This document shows, piece after piece, positions 58,327 through 63,817 of a DNA stretch of 63,817 nucleotides. The notes below the pieces were generated by a model, which made no database searches, was not told the DNA's origin, and was given only the letters and a program-made list of their open reading frames with translations. Origin of the DNA: Pseudomonadota bacterium (lineage in GTDB: Bacteria; Pseudomonadota; Alphaproteobacteria; Rhizobiales; Hyphomicrobiaceae); NCBI GenBank assembly GCA_023412745.1, contig JAEZBZ010000276.1, forward strand, positions 1 to 63,817, given 5' to 3'. The first letter of the stretch is position 1. The number at the start of each line of letters is the position of its first letter. The position numbers were made by a program, and so were the translations under genes.

Positions 58327-58379
58327 AAATATCGATATTGAATCGGATTTGTTGACCATTGGCATAAATATCGATATTT
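58327..58379. promoter_or_regulatory. Two copies of the palindrome AATATCGATATT; candidate GntR operators in a divergent promoter
   Basis: AAATATCGATATT at 58327-58339 and perfect AAATATCGATATTT at 58366-58379. Confidence 0.7.
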
Positions 58380-58440
58380 CTCGGATTGTCATTTGTGCAA
58401 GGTGAGGGCGCATTGCGAAGGCGCCGATATTGAGGACGAC

Positions 58441-59319
58441 ATGCGCTACGTTGCATTCGAAGAAAGCGGAAAAGCTCGGTTGGGCGCTGTTGTCGGCGAC
58501 GACATCGTCGATCTCAGCGCGGTCACCGGTCAGGCGAACTCGGTGCGCACGATCGTGGAAAACGCCGATCTCCAGGGCAAAGCCGCACGTTTGGCGGCGG
58601 ATTCCAGCGCGCCGCGTTTGTCGCGCGCGAAATGCCGCCTTCTGTCGCCGCTGCCGAATGCCGGCAAATTCATCTGCCTCGGCCTGAACTATGCCGATCA
58701 CGCCAAGGAAGGCGGACATAACGTTCCCGACTATCCCTCGCTTTTTATGCGCGCCAACAGCTCGCTCATCGGCCCCGAAGATCCGATGATCGCACCGCAT
58801 GCCTCGGAGCGCTTCGACTATGAGGCAGAGCTGGTCATCGTGGTCGGCAAGCGGTGCCGTCATGTGCGCGAGGAAAACGCGCTCGATGTTATCTTCGGCT
58901 ACACGCTGTTCAACGATGGTTCCATCCGCGATTACCAGCGCCGCACTGCGCAGTGGACTGCCGGCAAGAACTTCCACGGCACCGGCCCGCTCGGTCCCTG
59001 GATCGTCACGGCCGACGAACTGCCGCCGGGCGCACGGGGCCTTGGCATCCGTTCGCGCCTGAACGGTACGGTCATGCAGAGTTCGAACACGGAGCACATG
59101 CTGTTCAGCGTGCCGCGCACCATCGCCATCCTGTCGGAAATCATGGTGCTGGAGCCGGGCGACCTCATCGCGACCGGCACGCCGGAAGGCGTCGGCCATG
59201 CGCGCAAGCCGCCGGTGTGGATGCGTCCAGGTGACGAAATTTCGGTCGAAGTCGACGGCATCGGTACGTTGACGAACCGGATCGTTGCCGAAGCTGAAGA
59301 CTCAGCCTTCATCGCATAA
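58441..59319 (+). CDS. Fumarylacetoacetate hydrolase family protein
   Basis: ICLGLNYADH, DYEAEL, FNDGSIRD, GKNF, ATGTPEGVG. Confidence 0.92.
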   Translation: MRYVAFEESGKARLGAVVGDDIVDLSAVTGQANSVRTIVENADLQGKAARLAADSSAPRLSRAKCRLLSPLPNAGKFICLGLNYADHAKEGGHNVPDYPSLFMRANSSLIGPEDPMIAPHASERFDYEAELVIVVGKRCRHVREENALDVIFGYTLFNDGSIRDYQRRTAQWTAGKNFHGTGPLGPWIVTADELPPGARGLGIRSRLNGTVMQSSNTEHMLFSVPRTIAILSEIMVLEPGDLIATGTPEGVGHARKPPVWMRPGDEISVEVDGIGTLTNRIVAEAEDSAFIA

Positions 59320-59327
59320 GAGCCCTC

Positions 59328-60131
59328 ATGACGCGCGAAGCTTCCAGTCAGGAGCCTGGCCGGTCACGCACCGGCCGCCTTTACGGGCGTATTCGTGACG
59401 ACATCATCCAGGGCGTGTTCGCGCCCGGCTCCAAACTGAAGATCGAGGATCTGAAAGCGCGATACGACACCGGCGCGACGCCGCTGCGCGAAGCTCTCAG
59501 CTTGCTCACCGCCGATGGGCTCGTCGAACGCTTTGAGCAGCGCGGCTTTCGCGTCGCGGAAGCAAGTGCGAGCGAGTTCGAAGAACTGCTCGCCATCCGC
59601 TGCTGGGTTGAGGAACGCGCGCTTCGGCTTGCTATGCGTCATGGCGGCCGGGAATGGGAAGAGCGTATCGTTCTCGCGCGCTATCGCTTGGCCAGCACGC
59701 CGCGTGTTGCGCCAAACGACGGCCATGCCCACAACGCGGAGTGGGAACGCGCACACAAGGATTTCCACGTCAGCCTTGTTTCGGCATGCGGCTCGACCAC
59801 GCTGCTGCGGTTGTGCAATCAGCTCTACGACGAGAACAATCGCTATCGCTACATCGCCCGGCTGAGCAACAGCGAGCGCCCGGACGTGCTCAGGGAGCAT
59901 GAAGCGATCGCCGATGCCGTGTTGCGCAAGGATGTGGAACTGGCGGTCCGTCTCATCATCGATCACTACACGCTGACCGGCGATCTTCTGCGCCAGAGCA
60001 TCGTCGCCAGTCTGGATGGCACCGCTGGCGCGAAGCGACCGCGATCCTCTGCGGGCAGGCCTCGGCTCAAGCCTGTCGCAGACAAAGAAATGGAACTCGC
60101 GGGTACGCGCCGTACGCGCCGGACTCGATAA
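59328..60131 (+). CDS. GntR-family regulator (FCD domain)
   Basis: PGSKL..TPLREAL..QRGFRV; HKDFH and EH metal motif. Confidence 0.92.
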   Translation: MTREASSQEPGRSRTGRLYGRIRDDIIQGVFAPGSKLKIEDLKARYDTGATPLREALSLLTADGLVERFEQRGFRVAEASASEFEELLAIRCWVEERALRLAMRHGGREWEERIVLARYRLASTPRVAPNDGHAHNAEWERAHKDFHVSLVSACGSTTLLRLCNQLYDENNRYRYIARLSNSERPDVLREHEAIADAVLRKDVELAVRLIIDHYTLTGDLLRQSIVASLDGTAGAKRPRSSAGRPRLKPVADKEMELAGTRRTRRTR

Positions 60132-60165
60132 AACCTATAAAAAACGATCCAGGGAGTAGCCCGCG

Positions 60166-61191
60166 ATGCAGAAACTGATCCCCACCACGGTCGTCGGCAG
60201 CTATCCGCAGCCCGATTGGCTGGTCGATCGCGAGAAGCTCAAGTCGCAAACGGTACCGCGCGTGCGCATGACGGACCTGTGGCGGATCGAGGAAAGGCAC
60301 CTCGAAGCAGCGCAGGATGACGCGACCGTGCTCGCCATCCGCGACATGGAGCGGGCAGGCATCGATATTGTCACCGACGGCGAGATCCGTCGTGAAAGCT
60401 ATTCAAACCGTTTTGTCACCGAACTCGACGGCGTCGACAGCACGAACCCCGCCATCGTCACCATGCCGACGGGCCGCCAGGGCGCGATGCCTCGCGTCGT
60501 CTCGAAGGTTCAGCGCAGACACGCCGTGGAAGTGCGTGACGTGGAGTTTCTCCGCCGCAATACCGACCGGACCATCAAGATTACGATGCCGGGTCCTTTC
60601 ACCATGTCGCGGCAATGCCGCAACGAACATTATAAAGATCCTGATGAGATGGTGATGGACTTCGCCGCGGCGCTGAACGCCGAAGCGAAGGAGCTGGAGA
60701 AAGCGGGCGCAGACATCATCCAGCTCGACGAGCCTTGGCTGCGGCAGGATCCGGAAGCCGCCAAGCGCGTGGCTATTCCAGCGATAAACGCGGCGTTAAA
60801 AGGGCTTTCCGCGACCACGGCGGTTCATCTGTGTTTCGGTTATGCGCATCTCGTGTCGGGCAAACCGAGCGGCTATGCCTTCCTCGCAGAACTCGCCGAC
60901 ACGACCGCGAACCAGATCTCCATCGAGGCGGCGCAGCCCAAGGTCGATCTCGGCGTGCTGAAGGATCTCGCGGGTAAGGCGATCATGCTGGGTGTCATCG
61001 ATCTCGGCGATCCGCAGATCGAGACGGCCGAAACGGTGGCGGAGCGCCTCCGCACCGGCCTGAAGTATCTGCCGGCTGAGCGTCTCATCGCGGCGCCGGA
61101 TTGCGGCATGAAATATATGCCGCGTGACGTTGCGTTCGGAAAGCTCAAGGCGATGGCCGACGGCGCTGCGATCGTGCGCGCCACGCTGTGA
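60166..61191 (+). CDS. Single-barrel cobalamin-independent methionine synthase-like Zn enzyme
   Basis: TTVVGSYPQP, TDGEIRRESY, IQLDEP, VHLC, SIE, APDCG; lacks the N-terminal MetE barrel. Confidence 0.85.
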   Translation: MQKLIPTTVVGSYPQPDWLVDREKLKSQTVPRVRMTDLWRIEERHLEAAQDDATVLAIRDMERAGIDIVTDGEIRRESYSNRFVTELDGVDSTNPAIVTMPTGRQGAMPRVVSKVQRRHAVEVRDVEFLRRNTDRTIKITMPGPFTMSRQCRNEHYKDPDEMVMDFAAALNAEAKELEKAGADIIQLDEPWLRQDPEAAKRVAIPAINAALKGLSATTAVHLCFGYAHLVSGKPSGYAFLAELADTTANQISIEAAQPKVDLGVLKDLAGKAIMLGVIDLGDPQIETAETVAERLRTGLKYLPAERLIAAPDCGMKYMPRDVAFGKLKAMADGAAIVRATL

Positions 61192-61247
61192 GGCAGCGCA
61201 CCGCGCGCGCGGCGGGAGAACGGATCGAAGCGGCGAAGTGAGCCTTT

Positions 61248-61895
61248 GTGAAGCGTCTGACGTACACCTTCGACAATGGGCCGTGGCCGGGTGCAACCGA
61301 CAAGCTGCTCGACTTTCTGGGCGCGCGCGGCATCCGCGCGACGTTTTTCGTTGTCGGTGACCGCCTGAAAGATCCGGCGGCGTGGCGTCTGGCCGAACGC
61401 GCGCATGGCGAGGGGCATTGGATTGGAAACCACACGTTGACCCATGGCGACCCGCTGGGACGCGACGGCGGATCGGCACGGTCGAGACGGGAAATCGGCG
61501 AAACTCAGGATCTGCTGGGAACGCTCGCGCATCCGAGCAAGTTTTTCCGGCCGAACGGCGGCGGCGCGCTGGGGCCTCATGTCCTGAGTGCCGAGGCGGT
61601 CGGTTATCTCACCGCGCAACGCTACAGCGTCGTCACCTGGAACAACGTGCCCCGCGATTGGGGTGAGGCGCGCGCAGGGTGGGCGGCGCGCGCTGAACGC
61701 ACGCTGGCCACACAGGACTGGTCGCTGCTCGTGCTGCACGACCAGTACATCGCGCCGATGATGACGTCGCTCGAAGCCTTCCACGACCGGCTCGTCGCGC
61801 AGGCGGTGGAGATCGTGCAGGAGTTTCCCGACGACTGCCTTCCGATCCAGGAAGGTCGCATTGTCGGTGATCTGTCCGGCCTCGTATCGGCTTAG
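61248..61895 (+). CDS. Cytoplasmic polysaccharide deacetylase (NodB/CE4) family protein
   Basis: TFDNGP, ATFFV, IGNHTLTH, FRP, VLHD; no signal peptide. Confidence 0.85.
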   Translation: MKRLTYTFDNGPWPGATDKLLDFLGARGIRATFFVVGDRLKDPAAWRLAERAHGEGHWIGNHTLTHGDPLGRDGGSARSRREIGETQDLLGTLAHPSKFFRPNGGGALGPHVLSAEAVGYLTAQRYSVVTWNNVPRDWGEARAGWAARAERTLATQDWSLLVLHDQYIAPMMTSLEAFHDRLVAQAVEIVQEFPDDCLPIQEGRIVGDLSGLVSA

Positions 61896-61913
61896 CTCAG
61901 GAGAAATGCGCGC

Positions 61914-62450
61914 ATGAAAATCCTTGGCATTTCCGGAAGTCTGCGTGAGCGCTCGTATAACTCGGCACTGCTGCGTGCCGCGCGCGAACTCGCGCCAGCG
62001 GGCATGGATATCGAGACCTTCGATCTGGCGCCGATCCCGATCTACAACGATGACGTTCGTCTCGCCGGATACCCGCCGGAAGTCGCCAGGTTCCGCGAAG
62101 CGATCCGGGCCGCCGATGGTCTGCTTATCGCATCGCCGGAATATAACCGCTCAGTCCCGGGCATGCTGAAAAATGCCATCGACTGGGCGTCGCGACCGCC
62201 CGAGCAGCCGTTCGCCGGAAAGCCGCTGGCGATCATGGGCGTGAGCAACGGAGCGCTCGGCGCCGCGTTCGCCAATCACCATCTGCGCCAGATCTTCGTC
62301 TACATGGATGCGCGCATGGTCAACGGACCGGAAGTGATGATCGGCGAGGCCCGGAGCAAATTCGATGAGGCGCTGAACCTCACGCATGAGCCGACCCGCC
62401 AGTTCGTCGCCAATCATCTGCAGCGGCTTGGCGCGCTGATATCTGGGTGA
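61914..62450 (+). CDS. NAD(P)H-dependent FMN reductase (ChrR/SsuE-like)
   Basis: GSLRERSYN, SPEYNRS, LKNAIDWASR. Confidence 0.9.
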   Translation: MKILGISGSLRERSYNSALLRAARELAPAGMDIETFDLAPIPIYNDDVRLAGYPPEVARFREAIRAADGLLIASPEYNRSVPGMLKNAIDWASRPPEQPFAGKPLAIMGVSNGALGAAFANHHLRQIFVYMDARMVNGPEVMIGEARSKFDEALNLTHEPTRQFVANHLQRLGALISG

Positions 62451-62544
62451 TCTGACCAGGGCGTGGACCTGGCTCATGCGAGAGCGCTACGGCGCGCCAG
62501 ACGTGTCTGGCGCTTCGTCAATCGCTCATTTCCATATGGAAAGG

Positions 62545-62618
62545 TGGAGGCCACGGCCGGAATCGAACCGGCGTGCGCGGATTTGCAGTCCGCTACGTCA
62601 CCACTCCGCCACGTGGCC
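62545..62618 (-). tRNA. tRNA-Cys(GCA)
   Basis: GGCCACGTGGCGGAGTGGTGACGTAGCGGACTGCAAATCCGCGCACGCCGGTTCGATTCCGGCCGTGGCCTCCA: cloverleaf, GCA anticodon, U73, encoded CCA. Confidence 0.96.
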
Positions 62619-62867
62619 ACCTTTGCGGCAGGGACGACGAATAATGCTGCCGCCAGTGGGGGCGACCGTCGGATCCATGCCTACGAACCGGGCCCATTTA
62701 CCACGGGCCGCTGCGAGAAAGCAAACGGCTTCTCCCGTGCGGGTTTGCGTCCAGTGGGCAAAACTTAGATGAACTCTAGAAGGGGCGGCGATGCTTCGCT
62801 ATGGTCGGCGCGCGCGGGGCCAGGCGCCCCATAGCCGCACGGCACCAGAATGCCTCCGGGAGGAGAG

Positions 62868-63539
62868 ATGAGCGACTTTGCGCTGCAACGCAAGAACATG
62901 GTCGAAGGCCAGGTTCGGACTGCCGACGTCACCGATCGGCGCATTCTGCGGGCCATGTCCGATATCCCGCGCGAGGCGTTCGCACCGGAAAGCCTGCAGT
63001 CGCTGGCCTATTTCGATCAGGATCTGTGTGTGTCGCCGGCGGCGGACGGCCGCCCGGCGCGCTATCTTCTGGCCCCGACGGTGCAGGCGCGGATGATCCA
63101 GGCGCTGGCGATCGACGCGGACGCCGTGGTGCTCGATGTCGGCTGCGCGAGCGGCTACGGCAGCGCTATTCTGGCACGTCTGGCGCAGACGGTTGTCGGG
63201 TTGGAGGTTGATAGTGGCCTTGCTGATACGGCGGCGCGCACGCTGAGCACTCTGTCTTGCGACAACGTGGTCGTGGTCAAGGGGGCACTGGAGGCCGGCT
63301 GGCCGACCGAAGGGCCGTATGACGCGATTCTGCTGAACGGTGCGGTGGCCGAGGTGCCCGAATCGATCCTGGCGCAGCTCAAGAACGGCGGCCGTCTCGT
63401 CGGGGTGCTTGCTGCAGGTGCAGTGGGGCATGTCGCGCTATTTGAGCGTTCCGGAGCGCATTTCTCGTCGCGGAAGCTGTTTGATGCGGCTGCTCCGACC
63501 CTGCCGGGCTTTGAGCGTGCACCGGAATTTGTGTTTTAA
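62868..63539 (+). CDS. pcm: Protein-L-isoaspartate O-methyltransferase-like
   Basis: RKNMVEGQVR..VTD, IPREAF, LDVGCASGY, GPYDAI, GGRLV. Confidence 0.88.
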   Translation: MSDFALQRKNMVEGQVRTADVTDRRILRAMSDIPREAFAPESLQSLAYFDQDLCVSPAADGRPARYLLAPTVQARMIQALAIDADAVVLDVGCASGYGSAILARLAQTVVGLEVDSGLADTAARTLSTLSCDNVVVVKGALEAGWPTEGPYDAILLNGAVAEVPESILAQLKNGGRLVGVLAAGAVGHVALFERSGAHFSSRKLFDAAAPTLPGFERAPEFVF

Positions 63540-63817
63540 TCCCGGAACTTTGCATTTCCACCCTAGACTTACGCCAGTGTGGACAACGGGCCACGGCTAC
63601 AGCTTGTCTCGCCGAATCGCGGTTGAATGTACTTCTGAGCGCTTGCGGGCTGCGTTATGTGAGTTTGCCGGCGTTTGATTTGCTTGAGTCGCCTGCATCA
63701 AGTTTCTTCGTGCGTCGGCGGACTGATTTGTCCGCTCGGTTCTGATGGAGCAGGGCAACGGCGGGACAGGCATGGTGTTGGGGAAGAGACGCGGGCACAC
63801 CGGAACGACGGGGGGGC

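Noticed and set aside
57238..59199. 653-aa version of the ABC binding protein
   Set aside because: The extension overlaps the FAH gene and the operator region; the true start with RBS and signal peptide is at 58230.
62545..62618. tRNA-Cys as the attachment site of an integrated island covering the catabolic cluster
   Set aside because: No integrase and no duplicated tRNA 3' end seen in the window.
63540..63817. Possible start of tolC and a GGAACTT promoter element
   Set aside because: Too little sequence to support a call.

Overview
GC-rich bacterial chromosomal segment, most likely Alphaproteobacteria / Hyphomicrobiales (inferred from gene content, EcfG-type promoters and the tRNA-Cys-pcm arrangement). 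From left to right it holds: a partial sulfur-oxidation locus (soxYZ, SoxS-like thioredoxin, SoxF/FccB flavoprotein, small cytochrome c, SoxR-type ArsR repressor, and an edge-truncated CxxCH protein missing from the ORF track); a fadE-fadJ-fadI-cfa operon with a LiuR-like palindrome; MFS, PQQ sugar dehydrogenase, tctCBA, L,D-transpeptidase, a DMFase-like hydrolase, an amidase with a small partner gene, and housekeeping genes. An eroded accessory region at about 23.7-44.5 kb carries several pseudogenes, a Tat-signal atypical P450, and a type-I-secreted heme peroxidase with an extensin-like KY(D/E)PP repeat. Next comes a second, non-canonical Sox-like operon tightly coupled to a Tat-exported xanthine-oxidase-family molybdoenzyme (iorAB-soxX-soxY'-soxZ-soxA; SoxY' ends AACIDGG). 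The right end has a CHASE3/REC/HisKA_2 signalling triad, a GntR-associated catabolic cluster for an unknown (hetero)aromatic, tRNA-Cys and pcm. No rRNA, CRISPR array, integrase or transposase was seen. All calls come from reading motifs by eye; no database search was run.
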